Under the pieces are notes generated by a model, which was not told where the DNA came from, did no database searches, and was given only the letters and a program-made list of their open reading frames with translations. Shown piece after piece: positions 1 through 9,630 of a stretch of DNA of 36,069 nt. Position numbers and translations under genes: made by a program. Origin of the DNA: a virus (taxonomy: Duplodnaviria; Caudoviricetes); IMG/VR virus record IMGVR_UViG_3300035187_000647, positions 1-36,069 of that record; one strand, given 5' to 3'. Each line of letters starts with the position of its first letter. Position 1 is the stretch's first letter.

Positions 1-202
1 CGACACCCTCTTGCGCGTACTGCAACGCCGCCAGCTGCTCCGGCGCGTAGCCTGCCGTCATCTGCCCGCCGTATGCCTCATACGGACGCTTTGAGATGGC
101 ATCGGCAATGGCGATGTTCTCTTTTGTCGTGCCTTCAAGCCACGCCGGAAGTTCCGTCTTCGTGACCTGTGTCGTGGTTGCCGGTGCGCTACTGCCGCCC
201 AT
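1..202 (-). CDS. N-terminal part of a putative DNA ejection/internal virion protein (truncated by window edge)
   Basis: Not in the ORF track. ATG at 202 overlaps the end of the upstream gene and reads MGGSSAPATTTQVTKTELPAWLEGTTKENIAIADAISKRPYEAYGGQ, open to the edge. The MGG-S/T-rich start is typical of podovirus ejection proteins. Confidence 0.7.
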   Translation of the reverse strand, partial: MGGSSAPATTTQVTKTELPAWLEGTTKENIAIADAISKRPYEAYGGQMTAGYAPEQLAALQYAQEGV

Positions 203-569
203 TGTCTGCCCCCTTCGGGTGATATTCAAAAACGACCATCGTCTTTTTCCAGCCCCGAGCCTTGAGGATCGGCTCGTATCCTGGCCGGACAGATGCCCGA
301 GCGAACTCGGCACCTAAGCTTTTGCCCCACTCCTCAATCTGAGGCATCAGCTCGAGAACTCCATCAAGATCCCCGGCAGACATGAAGACGTGAACGAACT
401 TCCTGCGGGGAGACTGAGCGATCTCGGTAATGACGATCGCCCTGTCATTGTGGAAGGCCTGCATCTCCCCTCTCTTGAGGGCTTCGATGATGTCTTCCAG
501 AGCATGCGTGTCTGCGGCGAGCCGCAGAGCCTTCTGCATCCGGTTAAGGAGGCGATCCCTGTTGACCAA
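189..569 (-). CDS. GNAT-fold-like phage protein
   Basis: 126 aa with VHVFMSAGDL..IEEWGKSLGA..RPGYE..LKARGWK, resembling the GNAT-like proteins found between tail and ejection genes. Confidence 0.55.
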   Translation of the reverse strand: MVNRDRLLNRMQKALRLAADTHALEDIIEALKRGEMQAFHNDRAIVITEIAQSPRRKFVHVFMSAGDLDGVLELMPQIEEWGKSLGAEFARASVRPGYEPILKARGWKKTMVVFEYHPKGADNGRQ

Positions 570-789
570 GTGGCACCGCCGTTGTCGTCAAGTTGCCGCT
601 GTTATCTACCTCAACCTTATAGACTGAACCGTTAGGAGATTGAAGTAGGACTGACGCGACCGCCTGATCTCTCAACACAGCTGCCGCGATAGAACGCGAC
701 AGTGTGTTGAGTACCAGCGCAAAATAAGACTGTTCGTACCGCTCCGGAGGAGACGGAAGTGTCGACTGTGGCGCGGGGTACGTTGTCAC
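544..789 (-). CDS. Small tail-associated protein
   Basis: 81 aa, GTGA-coupled to the upstream gene. LLQSPNGSVYKVEVDNSGNL motif is common in phage tail proteins. Confidence 0.6.
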   Translation of the reverse strand: MTTYPAPQSTLPSPPERYEQSYFALVLNTLSRSIAAAVLRDQAVASVLLQSPNGSVYKVEVDNSGNLTTTAVPLGQQGSPP

Positions 790-2747
790 CTGCGCCCTCC
801 TGCCGGGACTAGGTCAAGGCGCATCTCGCCGACGCTCCAATTACTGTCCTGCGTTGCCGCCAGCTTGATGCGAAAATCTCGGCCCGTGACGCGCGTGTCG
901 GTGTAGCCGTCAGACCGCGGCGCGTAGGGACCGCTCGTCGTCTCGGCGCCTTCCGGCGTAAACGTCGAGAAGAACGTCAGCGTCGTCGAGTTGTAGCCGT
1001 ACCCGCTGTCCGTCAGAGCCTGGCGAATGAACGTCATGCCGTTACCTTGCTGCAGGTTCAGAGCGCCGCTCTCGGCCCATCTGTGGCCGACCAAAGACGT
1101 TCCTGCCGCTGTCCATCCGTCTTCGTGAAAATAGATGTCGCCGGCTTCGTCGCCCCATACGGGGAAGTCAAACACGCCAGCGCCGCAGCCTGCGGTGCGC
1201 GTCATCTCGCCGATCGTCCACCAGTTCTCGGCGTAGTTGAACGCGACGTAGCGGTTCGGCACTGCGCTGCCGACTTCCGGATACCAAAACCACACTTCGG
1301 GAAAGACGTTGTTCTCGGATCCGTTCGTGTAAATGATGCCGGCAGACGGGTCGATGTTCTCAAACACATAGGAGCCGACTTCGCACGGCAGCGGCTTCAC
1401 ATAGCCGCCGTCGTAGATCCAGAAGCCTTCGCGGCCCATCCAGATGCAGCGACCGGCAAACGTCGCAAACGACCGCGGCGCGATCAGCCCGCAGCCGTAG
1501 CCGATCCGCTCGATGCCGTAGACGTAAGGCAGGCCGGCGTACCGCATCAGCCAAGCTTCGTCGTCCGTCCAAATCAGCACGCCTTCACGCACGGGCGCGA
1601 CCATAACGATCTCGCTCTCGGTCTCAAGATCAAGAAAGCCTGCCGTGTTTGTTGCGTCTGCAAAGTTCCAGTTGTTGTAGTCCTCGCGGTTCGACCAGGC
1701 GATGCGGCGGCTGTTGCCGCCGCAACCGAACAGCACAGCGTGCCGCTCTTGCGTCACGATCACGCCACGATTGCCTGACGGGACGTTGGCAGAGGTAACA
1801 GACCCGCCAGTGCCTGTCGTGTTCGTTCCGCTGTTGCCGAACGTAAACGTCGTATCAGACGGGACAGACGCGATCGTCCAAGTCGCATTAAACGCAGCCA
1901 CAGAGTTGCCGGCGATCGTCACAACGTCGCCTGCTTGTAGGCCGTGGTGGAAGTCTGTTGTGACAGTGACGATGTTAGAAACACGCGCCGCTGTCACGAT
2001 GTCCGAATATCCGACAATATGCGCCTTCTGTTCGCCGACACCCCAATGCAAGAGGCGCCCGTCGCTCGATGCCACGGCAAGGATGTCTTCGCCCCAGTTG
2101 TCGATCGTCCATGTGAACTCACGCGTGAAGAATGCCGAGAACGGGCGCCGATCGGCTTCCGTCAGCTCCGCAGTTCCGCCCGACGACGATGCGTTGCCTG
2201 CCGTCTGAGAGAACGTAAACGTGGTCGACGACGGCACGCTGGCGACTGCAAACGTGCCATTGAACGCGCTATTAGACACGCCTGAGATGACGACGCTGAC
2301 GCCTACGATGAAACTGTGCGGAGTTGATGTTGTGATTGTTACTACATTTGACGATCGCACGGCAGTCGAGATCGACACTGTGCCAATGTCGAGACCGTAC
2401 AGCAGGTCGCTGTAATCGTATGCGCCATACGGGCCGACGAGCGTGCTGTCGGGCGCGACGTAGTTTGTTGGCGTGATGTCGGTAAACGTGCTGCCGTTCA
2501 GCACATAAAGCTTCGTCTCGCAGCCAATCGCCGCGTAGGCGCTGTTGTCGTTGTCTGCCCATGCCGTGATCGTGCGCGCGGGGCTATCAAGAGGCGACGA
2601 AGTAATGCGCTGCCAGCCGCCGATCGGCTGCAGCTTCGCTGCCTGCCAGCGGATAAGGTTGGCGTCCCAATAACGGCCTTTGGCCTGCAACGCCGTGGCA
2701 GGCTTAACAACACCGGGAGGGAGGCTGATCGGGGCAAGCGGCATCAC
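786..2747 (-). CDS. Tail stabilisation/nozzle protein (P22 gp10-like) with two inserted beta-rich repeats
   Basis: 653 aa, Trp-rich propeller-like blades (IAWSNREDYNNW, VWFWYP, YVAFNYAENWW). Two ~70-aa repeats at about 2170-2385 and 1795-2005. Confidence 0.7.
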   Translation of the reverse strand: MMPLAPISLPPGVVKPATALQAKGRYWDANLIRWQAAKLQPIGGWQRITSSPLDSPARTITAWADNDNSAYAAIGCETKLYVLNGSTFTDITPTNYVAPDSTLVGPYGAYDYSDLLYGLDIGTVSISTAVRSSNVVTITTSTPHSFIVGVSVVISGVSNSAFNGTFAVASVPSSTTFTFSQTAGNASSSGGTAELTEADRRPFSAFFTREFTWTIDNWGEDILAVASSDGRLLHWGVGEQKAHIVGYSDIVTAARVSNIVTVTTDFHHGLQAGDVVTIAGNSVAAFNATWTIASVPSDTTFTFGNSGTNTTGTGGSVTSANVPSGNRGVIVTQERHAVLFGCGGNSRRIAWSNREDYNNWNFADATNTAGFLDLETESEIVMVAPVREGVLIWTDDEAWLMRYAGLPYVYGIERIGYGCGLIAPRSFATFAGRCIWMGREGFWIYDGGYVKPLPCEVGSYVFENIDPSAGIIYTNGSENNVFPEVWFWYPEVGSAVPNRYVAFNYAENWWTIGEMTRTAGCGAGVFDFPVWGDEAGDIYFHEDGWTAAGTSLVGHRWAESGALNLQQGNGMTFIRQALTDSGYGYNSTTLTFFSTFTPEGAETTSGPYAPRSDGYTDTRVTGRDFRIKLAATQDSNWSVGEMRLDLVPAGGRR

Positions 2748-3280
2748 ACAACCTCTGTTCTCGCAAGAGCAACGCCTTGATCTTCTACCTCAGCAACGCG
2801 CCGGCTCCAACCCTTACCGAACGTCTGGAACGTCGACAGGCTTTGCAGGAAGGCCAGCCGCTCGTGCTGGTAGGTGATGACGAACGTCTCGGCGTCGTAT
2901 GTGTCGCAGTAAGCTTTAATCCTCGCCATCGTGTGGGAACCCATCACGCCATCCTGCTTTGTGCCGGTAATCCTTTGAGCCGTGCGGATTGCTCGAGACG
3001 GGCCGGAGTTGACGGCAAAGTCGTAGATGACGAAGTCGACGCCGGACGGCAGCTCGTCGCCGGCAACCCTGTCCCAATAGTTCTTTTTGTAGAGCGGCTT
3101 CACCTTCTCCGGCGTCAGCGCTCGCATCTCGGCTTCGGTCGCACGGCGTCCGGTGTAGTCGTCCCACACGCGCTTCGTGACGCCAAGATTTGTCATGCCG
3201 CCAGGATCCTTCGGGTGGTTCACAAACCCGCCCTCATGCTTCAACGTGGCCTTGAATGCGGCGCCCCAATTCTCTTTCAC
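2744..3280 (-). CDS. Endolysin, glycoside hydrolase family 108 with C-terminal PG-binding region
   Basis: LKHEGGFVNHPKDPGGMTNLGVT, DFAVNSG and FGKGWSRR motifs; adjacent to the holin. Confidence 0.92.
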   Translation of the reverse strand: MKENWGAAFKATLKHEGGFVNHPKDPGGMTNLGVTKRVWDDYTGRRATEAEMRALTPEKVKPLYKKNYWDRVAGDELPSGVDFVIYDFAVNSGPSRAIRTAQRITGTKQDGVMGSHTMARIKAYCDTYDAETFVITYQHERLAFLQSLSTFQTFGKGWSRRVAEVEDQGVALARTEVV

Positions 3281-3666
3281 CGCGCGACGCCCTTAACCTT
3301 CTCGTAGGTTCGCAGACCTCCGAGACCTAACATGCCAAGTGTTAGACCCATCAAGGCGTCGACGTTGAAGGACGGCAGCGGGATCGGATTGCCAACCATT
3401 GTCGACAGCCAGGTGATCATTGGGCCGATCACATAAATGAACGCGAACGCGAAGGCACACGTCCAGCCGAGCGCGGGGCGCCAGCCGGCAACAAAGATGT
3501 TTTCGTGCTTGGCCTCTTCGGCATTTACGTCTGTCTGCGTCTTGTCCCACGCCTGCAGGCTTTCGCGCAGCTCCTTCTCGGCGTTAGCTTTAGCCTGCGG
3601 ATCAGGGACAAACTTGTCGATGACCTTTAGGCCGGCAGCAACCGCTTCCCCGATCCCGAATGTCAT
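3277..3666 (-). CDS. Holin (3TM, GTA-release holin-like)
   Basis: FVAGWRPALGW motif, hydrophobic segments, MLGLGGLRTYEKVKG C-terminus; directly upstream of the endolysin. Confidence 0.85.
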   Translation of the reverse strand: MTFGIGEAVAAGLKVIDKFVPDPQAKANAEKELRESLQAWDKTQTDVNAEEAKHENIFVAGWRPALGWTCAFAFAFIYVIGPMITWLSTMVGNPIPLPSFNVDALMGLTLGMLGLGGLRTYEKVKGVAR

Positions 3667-3896
3667 TTGTCTTGTTTCCCGTCGAGCTTGTCGAAGATCT
3701 TTCCGACCATGTCTTCAATGCGGCGCATCGCCTCGAGGAAGTCATCCCGCCGCACATAGTGCCGCGGGAGATCCCGCTCAAGGCTTCTTACATCTTCACG
3801 GAGCGCCGCGACGGCGTCCCACAGTTGACGCGCGAACCAGCCTAGAGCGGCGAGGACCGCCCCGACCGTGAAGTTGAGGACGTGCTGCAGATCCAT
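3663..3896 (-). CDS. Small single-TM coiled-coil protein in the lysis cassette
   Basis: ATG at 3896 after GGAG. N-terminal TM helix, then LPRHYVRRDDF..IFDKLDGKQDK. Confidence 0.7.
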   Translation of the reverse strand: MDLQHVLNFTVGAVLAALGWFARQLWDAVAALREDVRSLERDLPRHYVRRDDFLEAMRRIEDMVGKIFDKLDGKQDK

Positions 3897-3920
3897 CGCC
3901 GTTGCTCCACGCACAACTCA

Positions 3921-4370
3921 TTACGCCTGCGGCGCAACCGGCCAGGTAATGTTAAACGGATCGGGCTGGTTCGTGACGTCACGGAGCTGCTGGCGATATG
4001 TGACCCATTCCGCCTTCTGCTCTGCGGTGAGCGGAACGTCGGGGAGCTGCGTCCAATCGCATGCCTGCAGCTTGCTATCGCGCTCGTTGCGAACGGACTG
4101 CCACTGCTGATCTGTGAGCTGCTGGATCTGTTCCGGCGTCATGTCTTCCGCCGTATAGACCCAAAACCATTGACCGTTAATCTGCGTCGGGCCGCTGCGG
4201 ACGGCGTACTGAAACCGCGTCAGCGGAGGCTGCGGACCTTCGAGGATTGGATCGACGCCGAGATCATTGAGATCCTGCAGCGACGGAGGCTGCGGGATTG
4301 ACACATTAGGGAACGCATGGACGAGATCGGAGATGACTTCGCCAGAGGCGCGGACACGATAATCAGGCAT
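3921..4370 (-). CDS. Tail fibre assembly chaperone
   Basis: C-terminal VRNERDSKLQACDWTQLPD..WVTYRQQLRD..ITWPVAP signature. Confidence 0.85.
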   Translation of the reverse strand: MPDYRVRASGEVISDLVHAFPNVSIPQPPSLQDLNDLGVDPILEGPQPPLTRFQYAVRSGPTQINGQWFWVYTAEDMTPEQIQQLTDQQWQSVRNERDSKLQACDWTQLPDVPLTAEQKAEWVTYRQQLRDVTNQPDPFNITWPVAPQA

Positions 4371-4382
4371 TGCTTGGCCTCC

Positions 4383-6308
4383 TTACGCGATGGCTAGAAA
4401 GATGTATGTGCCGCCGTTAGCGTTGAGTGCTGCAGGGGCCGTGCTGCTAAGTTCAAAGCCAGCCGAGTACGCGTCGACGTAGTCGGTGTTTGTTACTTCG
4501 GCGTCCGCGGTGTTTAAGAGAAAGTACGGGTCATTGCCAGCGATGATGCCGCGGGCTGTGTCCCAAACGTACCAGTCTCCGGTGCTGTCCGTGCGCTTAA
4601 TTAGGACAAACCGAGCGCCGTTAGTAAAGCCGCAGTTGATCTGAAGCGTTGTGCCTGTGCCGGTATAACTTCCCACCTTAGACACGCCAGGGCATGTTGC
4701 TAAAAGATATGCAACATATGTGTTGTTGTTTGCGTTTACGGTTGCGTTAGCTCCGAGACTAAAAACAGTACTTGTCGGCGTTGTGCTATTCCAAAAAGTA
4801 CTGCCAGAAGTTGATCCCGCATTATTTAAATTAAGGAAAACACTTCCTGCATTGCCGAGAGCAATGTGATAACAAGACCACTGTGATACCGCTCCTCTAT
4901 TCTTAACAATAATCATCTCAGGTGCGACGGATAGGTTATGGCTAATCGTTCGCGCCGTTAAATTTCCCGTATAGCAGACCACATCGAAGAAGCCGGAGGC
5001 GCGACCAAACGCGTAATTCACATACGTTAATGTCGTGTTGTTGATTAACCCGCCTGGATCTGATCCGACTGTATAAGTCGTATTATTAAATGCCGTAAGC
5101 GTGTTTGAATTGGTTGTCGCTTCTGCGGCTGTCGAAGAAGTGTATAAGTAACGCAGCGCTCCACGAAGACGATCAAACCAGCTTGGGGTTACGCCCCCGA
5201 CAACGCCCGTCCGTTGGAATGAAATAACTGCATCTGGCGCAAAAGATGTTGTGACATTGGCAGTAGCACCAGTCGCAGTACGCGCAATAGGCGCAAACAC
5301 CTTCGTCGCATCTGTCGGTGTACGCATAGGGCCACGGCGGATGGCGAGGTAGATATGTGTCGCCCCTGCGCCAGCAAAGTTCGTTGAATAAAACCCTGTA
5401 GCGCTTGGCCTAGCAGAAGCGTAAAGCTGCTCTGTTCCTGATGTGTTTGGATATAGTTCTACACCACCATTGTATGTGTCTGGCAACCCCCTCATCGTAT
5501 CGTATAAGTACCAATTTGCTGTACTGTTTGTTTGTTTTACAAGAATAAATTGCGGCTCCCAGCCAAGATTAACAGAGTAAGCGCCAGAACCGTCAGTTGT
5601 AAACGACCCACAGCTAATGACGTTTTGCGCTCCGTCTAAACCAAAACCACCAGCATTGTGCGCGAAAATGTAGGCAACGTAAGTAACGCCGTTGTTATTA
5701 TTTGCACCACCCACGCCAACGGTAAAAACTGTGCTCGTTGGAGTTGTGTTATTCCAGTAGGAAGAGCTAGTTGCGGCAGCGGATGTAGAGTTTAAAAACA
5801 AAACTTGAGTGTTCCCCGTTGACCTGTGATAAACACTCCAATCACCTATTGAAACACTTTTAATAATTATCATGCCAGGAACGGAACCAAGATTATGAGA
5901 AATGTTTTGTACTGTTCCAGTACCCGTGTATGTCACAACATCAAAGAACTTCGGGGCCTCGCGGAAGGTCCATGAGGCGTAGTTTCTAGCAGCATCGTTA
6001 AAATCACCGTCATCACCAATATTGAAACCTGTCGCAGAGAATGAACTTATACCAGCGGTTTTTGTTTGCTGGGCGATGTTTGAATTTGTTTGAAGTGATT
6101 TTGTCGCCCCACGGCTTGTATCTGTTAGCCAGTGTCCGACTGCTTGATTTCGCGCCTTAACCCAAACCATTCCGCCTTTACCAGACAGGTTTATCCCGTT
6201 GGTAATGGTCTGCGTGCTGCCGTTCCCCGTATAGAGCCATGTGCTGAACACGTCCTCGACGTACAGCCGATCGCTTGAAGCATTCTTGACGAGCAGATCT
6301 GTCAGCAC
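4383..6308 (-). CDS. Tail fibre/receptor-binding-type virion protein with internal duplication
   Basis: 641 aa, Thr/Gly/Asn-rich, repeated YTG(N/T)G modules, two near-copies of FFDVVxYTG..ISHNL..WNxTTPTSTVF..TYVAY; followed by the chaperone gene. Confidence 0.7.
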   Translation of the reverse strand: MLTDLLVKNASSDRLYVEDVFSTWLYTGNGSTQTITNGINLSGKGGMVWVKARNQAVGHWLTDTSRGATKSLQTNSNIAQQTKTAGISSFSATGFNIGDDGDFNDAARNYASWTFREAPKFFDVVTYTGTGTVQNISHNLGSVPGMIIIKSVSIGDWSVYHRSTGNTQVLFLNSTSAAATSSSYWNNTTPTSTVFTVGVGGANNNNGVTYVAYIFAHNAGGFGLDGAQNVISCGSFTTDGSGAYSVNLGWEPQFILVKQTNSTANWYLYDTMRGLPDTYNGGVELYPNTSGTEQLYASARPSATGFYSTNFAGAGATHIYLAIRRGPMRTPTDATKVFAPIARTATGATANVTTSFAPDAVISFQRTGVVGGVTPSWFDRLRGALRYLYTSSTAAEATTNSNTLTAFNNTTYTVGSDPGGLINNTTLTYVNYAFGRASGFFDVVCYTGNLTARTISHNLSVAPEMIIVKNRGAVSQWSCYHIALGNAGSVFLNLNNAGSTSGSTFWNSTTPTSTVFSLGANATVNANNNTYVAYLLATCPGVSKVGSYTGTGTTLQINCGFTNGARFVLIKRTDSTGDWYVWDTARGIIAGNDPYFLLNTADAEVTNTDYVDAYSAGFELSSTAPAALNANGGTYIFLAIA

Positions 6309-6320
6309 AGCACTCTTCCC

Positions 6321-7028
6321 TTATTTGCTGTCAATCATCAGAGCGACACCGCGCCACGTCGTGCCGCCGTCGTCTGTAATAAAGCCAAGAACGTCGACAC
6401 CGGACGCCGTCAGCGTCGGAGCCGTTCCGCCAGGCCACTTGACTGCAGCCGGCCACGTCTGCGTGCCAGTGCCGCCATTGGTCAGCTCGAGGATCACAGC
6501 GAATGCGCGGGACGCCGGCACGTTCGTAAACGTCCAGGTGAGCGCGCCGGATGCTGTCTTCGTGAAGTAGTTGCCTGCGGAGCAGTCGATCGCAGACGCC
6601 GCCACGGCGACGATGTTCTGCGCGACGTTTCCGTTTACGTCGAGGATGGATGCAGGCGATGCCGTCGAGAAACCGATCTTTCCGTCTGTCGCCTTGTAGA
6701 ACTGGCCGGATCCGATATTGACGAGCGACGTGTCGCCCGTAAATCCGTTTACGACAGGCGTCGTGAGCGTCTTGTTCGTCAGCGTCTGCGTGCCGGTGAG
6801 CGTAGCAATGATGCCGCCCGAGACCGTGCCGGTGACGTTAATCGTCCCAGCGACCGCAAGCGTCTTGCCTGCGCCGACGTTGAGACCGACAGACGTGCCA
6901 GTGCCAGCCGCAGCAAAGACGGCATCAATGCTATCTAGGTCGGAATTGACCTTCGTTCCCCAGGTGTCACGGCTTCCGCCAACTTCCGGCTTCGTCAGGT
7001 TTAGGTTGGTTGTATAGCTGTCGGCCAC
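6321..7028 (-). CDS. Tail fibre/proximal tail protein
   Basis: [24 protein letters not shown] anchor-type start, [10 protein letters not shown] motif, [18 protein letters not shown]-terminal domain. Confidence 0.7.
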   Translation of the reverse strand: MADSYTTNLNLTKPEVGGSRDTWGTKVNSDLDSIDAVFAAAGTGTSVGLNVGAGKTLAVAGTINVTGTVSGGIIATLTGTQTLTNKTLTTPVVNGFTGDTSLVNIGSGQFYKATDGKIGFSTASPASILDVNGNVAQNIVAVAASAIDCSAGNYFTKTASGALTWTFTNVPASRAFAVILELTNGGTGTQTWPAAVKWPGGTAPTLTASGVDVLGFITDDGGTTWRGVALMIDSK

Positions 7029-7037
7029 GTTAGCCTC

Positions 7038-7820
7038 CTACTGCGTTGTCCAAGTCTCAGAAGAAACAGGCACCGTCGTCCAAGTCGTAGCAGAAGCCGA
7101 CTGTGGGTTCCACGTCTCAGATGCCACTGTTTCCTTTTCCCATAGATACCGCCCGTTGGCCGTCATGCTCGATGTCACAGAGACGACTGCAGACAGGAAC
7201 AGATTGCGCCGTGGCACTGCCGTCATATCGCTCTGAACAGCAATTAGCTCTACAGCAGAATAGTTCGCGTTTCCAGTGGCGGTAGCGTCAGACAGGCAGG
7301 TCGCCAAGGCGCCGGCCAGCGTCTCACGCGTCGGCGTGAAGACCGCATCGCTTTCTGATGTGCCGATCGCCTCGACGATGATCGAGATGTACGCCGAGGC
7401 CGTCCCGTCAGATGTGCTGGCGCCGATCGCCGTGGCGTTCCTGTCCCGATCGGCGACTGCCGACATATCGGACACACAAGTCGCAGCCGCAGCCGCTTCG
7501 CGGATCCTGCCGCCTACCGCACTCGCGTCAGACGTTATGACGACGACGCAGGCCGCAAGTTCTGTATTGGCCGCAGCCGCCGCGCCGCTCGTCGTCGACA
7601 TCGCCTCAGCAACAGCCGAGACGATCTTCGTCGACGTTGCCGCCGCGTCAGACGTGATGACGATCTGGTTGAGTGCTAGGCTCTCGCCATAGCTCCAAGC
7701 GCCATAGTCCCACCCGCCGTAGTCTCGGCCAGGATACGGGTCGACGTTAATGACGACGGCAGTCCCGTAGGCTCCGTCGCCATAGTCGTACTCACCGTAT
7801 GGCCGACCGAGATAAGCCAT
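7038..7820 (-). CDS. Virion structural protein, Tyr-Gly repeat N-terminus and Ala/Ser/Thr-rich body
   Basis: YGEYDYGDGAYG and DYGGWDYGAWSYG motifs; C-terminal W-T repeats; lies in the tail block. Confidence 0.65.
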   Translation of the reverse strand: MAYLGRPYGEYDYGDGAYGTAVVINVDPYPGRDYGGWDYGAWSYGESLALNQIVITSDAAATSTKIVSAVAEAMSTTSGAAAAANTELAACVVVITSDASAVGGRIREAAAAATCVSDMSAVADRDRNATAIGASTSDGTASAYISIIVEAIGTSESDAVFTPTRETLAGALATCLSDATATGNANYSAVELIAVQSDMTAVPRRNLFLSAVVSVTSSMTANGRYLWEKETVASETWNPQSASATTWTTVPVSSETWTTQ

Positions 7821-8212
7821 CAGTCAAGCGTGATGTCGAGCGCGCCAGTATTGAACCGCAGCACGTCGCCAGTGTCGATTGACTTGCTGGTCGTCAAGTC
7901 GGCAAACGCGATGAGGTTGCCGGAAGTCGACGCGTCGAAGATGCCGGCAGCAACGATCGTTCCCCACGAGCCAGAGGCTTCGGGGAACTCGACCGCGGAG
8001 CTGTTCGATGCCGTCGTCGGAGCCGTTCCAGAAACAGTAAACGTCGCCGCAGTGCGCGCATAGGAGTTGCCAGATACCTCAGTACCGCCGCCGCCTTCGC
8101 CTGGCGCAACAGTGAAGAGGCCGACGTACCAGGCAGTCGGGCGCGTCGCTGCAGCATTTGTGAAGAGCCAATCGAGAACGAGGTCTTCAGCGAAATTAGT
8201 CAAACCAGCCAT
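7820..8212 (-). CDS. Tail structural protein
   Basis: YVGLFT..GTEVSGNSYAR..GIFDASTSGNL..GALDITLD, a widespread phage tail family pattern. Confidence 0.7.
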   Translation of the reverse strand: MAGLTNFAEDLVLDWLFTNAAATRPTAWYVGLFTVAPGEGGGGTEVSGNSYARTAATFTVSGTAPTTASNSSAVEFPEASGSWGTIVAAGIFDASTSGNLIAFADLTTSKSIDTGDVLRFNTGALDITLD

Positions 8213-8829
8213 CAGTAGACCCTCCTGGCTCTAGCAATCAGCGGGGATCCGCTGTGTGTGGACTTCATGCTCTCTTCGTTTAGGGCTTCGATCCGAGAGT
8301 TGTAAAGAGTTGCGAAGACTGGCATGCGCTGGTCGTCCATGAGGAACGGCTGCGCGTGCAAGAGAGATCCGTACAGGTAAACGTCTGGCGCCTTCGTCAG
8401 TAGCCAGTTCGTCGCCTGTTGAGCTGAAAGCGCCGGGATCTTTCCGTAGTAGATCATCTCGATGTCGACATCGGAGCCAGGCGGCGGCACAAGCTCAAGA
8501 GCGCCGTTCATCAGAGAGAACGCCGCAACCTGCGTGTAGATGTTTTGCTTGATGATGCGATCGGCTTCGTCGAGCGTCACGAACCGCAGCGGCTGCTTGC
8601 CGTCGACGATGTGCAGGTTGATCGCTTCAACCCAATCAGACGGCAGCTGAACATATTCATTGCTGCTCGTCGCCTCTGCCCGCACGATCATCTCGCGCGT
8701 GCGAAGACGCGTGTTCATGTCGGCTTCGGCCAGCTGAATAAACGTCGGGATCTGAGCCGTCAAATCCGCGCGGTTCAGATAGTCGGCGATCGTGCTTTGC
8801 AGCGTCGTGTATGTCGTGATCGTCGCCAT
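8212..8829 (-). CDS. Head-tail adaptor protein
   Basis: IADYLNRADL..IPTFIQLAEA and TNWLLTKAPDVYLYGSL motifs; position downstream of the capsid gene. Confidence 0.75.
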   Translation of the reverse strand: MATITTYTTLQSTIADYLNRADLTAQIPTFIQLAEADMNTRLRTREMIVRAEATSSNEYVQLPSDWVEAINLHIVDGKQPLRFVTLDEADRIIKQNIYTQVAAFSLMNGALELVPPPGSDVDIEMIYYGKIPALSAQQATNWLLTKAPDVYLYGSLLHAQPFLMDDQRMPVFATLYNSRIEALNEESMKSTHSGSPLIARARRVY

Positions 8830-9155
8830 CAGCTTGCCATCCAGTGCGTGCGATACGGAGCAGCCTCATCAGAGGCCAACCAGCGACGCATCGCCGGCTT
8901 ATCGCCAATGACGTTGCGCTGGAGAAGTTCTAGATAAACGTGCATCGGAAGGCTTGCGACTTTGACCATGTCGCCTGTCTTTGCCGTGCGTGAAACTTCG
9001 TTGCGTTCGGCTTTCGCCTGCTCCGCGATCGGGTCGACGTTGTAAATATTCTCAATGTGCATCTTGCCGTCAGGCGTGATGTGGAGCTTCGTCATTGATC
9101 CGGTGAACTCGTCACCGCCAAGATCGAACGAACCGGGAGCAAATTCTTCAGCCAT
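8829..9155 (-). CDS. Conserved phage head-region protein
   Basis: 108 aa, KVASLP..RRWL motif, coupled to its neighbours. Confidence 0.65.
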   Translation of the reverse strand: MAEEFAPGSFDLGGDEFTGSMTKLHITPDGKMHIENIYNVDPIAEQAKAERNEVSRTAKTGDMVKVASLPMHVYLELLQRNVIGDKPAMRRWLASDEAAPYRTHWMAS

Positions 9156-9612
9156 TTTTCCTCCACGCCTTCATTGCGCGCACTTCAGATATGCGACTAG
9201 GCGCCACTCCGTACTTTTTAGACAGATTGACATTTGTTTCAGAGGATGACCGAATTTCTTCTACATCACTCCACGTCAATTTATTCAACTTACTGTTTTC
9301 GCCAGCCTTGCTTTTTACTTTGCCGCGAGCGTAGGCGTCTGAGACGTTCTCTTTTTGTGTTCCATAGTAAATATGTGCAGGGTTTAAACAAACCTTCACA
9401 TCACATTTATGGAGTGCGTAAATCTCGTTTTGGCTTCCATGCGTTTGCTCACAAACGTATCTATGCAAGCGAACGCTCTTTGGCCTTCCCGTAACTTCAT
9501 CAATAACAGTTAGTTGCGGATACCCGCTTGAACCGCACGCACCAATCCACAACCAGCACCCACTATTTGGCTCTGGCAATGTGTATTTTTCGATGCGTTC
9601 TTGAACTGACAT
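9148..9612 (-). CDS. Free-standing HNH homing endonuclease with C-terminal HTH
   Basis: CWLWIGA, GYPQ, LHR, ALHKCDVKVCLNPAH..GTQKEN motifs; visibly AT-richer than the flanks. Confidence 0.9.
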   Translation of the reverse strand: MSVQERIEKYTLPEPNSGCWLWIGACGSSGYPQLTVIDEVTGRPKSVRLHRYVCEQTHGSQNEIYALHKCDVKVCLNPAHIYYGTQKENVSDAYARGKVKSKAGENSKLNKLTWSDVEEIRSSSETNVNLSKKYGVAPSRISEVRAMKAWRKNG

Positions 9613-9630
9613 TCCGATCTCCCATAAGGA

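Noticed and set aside
4383-6308. Diversity-generating retroelement acting on the fibre
   Set aside because: No reverse transcriptase is present, and no near-identical TR/VR pair with adenine-specific differences was seen. The repeats are old protein-level duplications.
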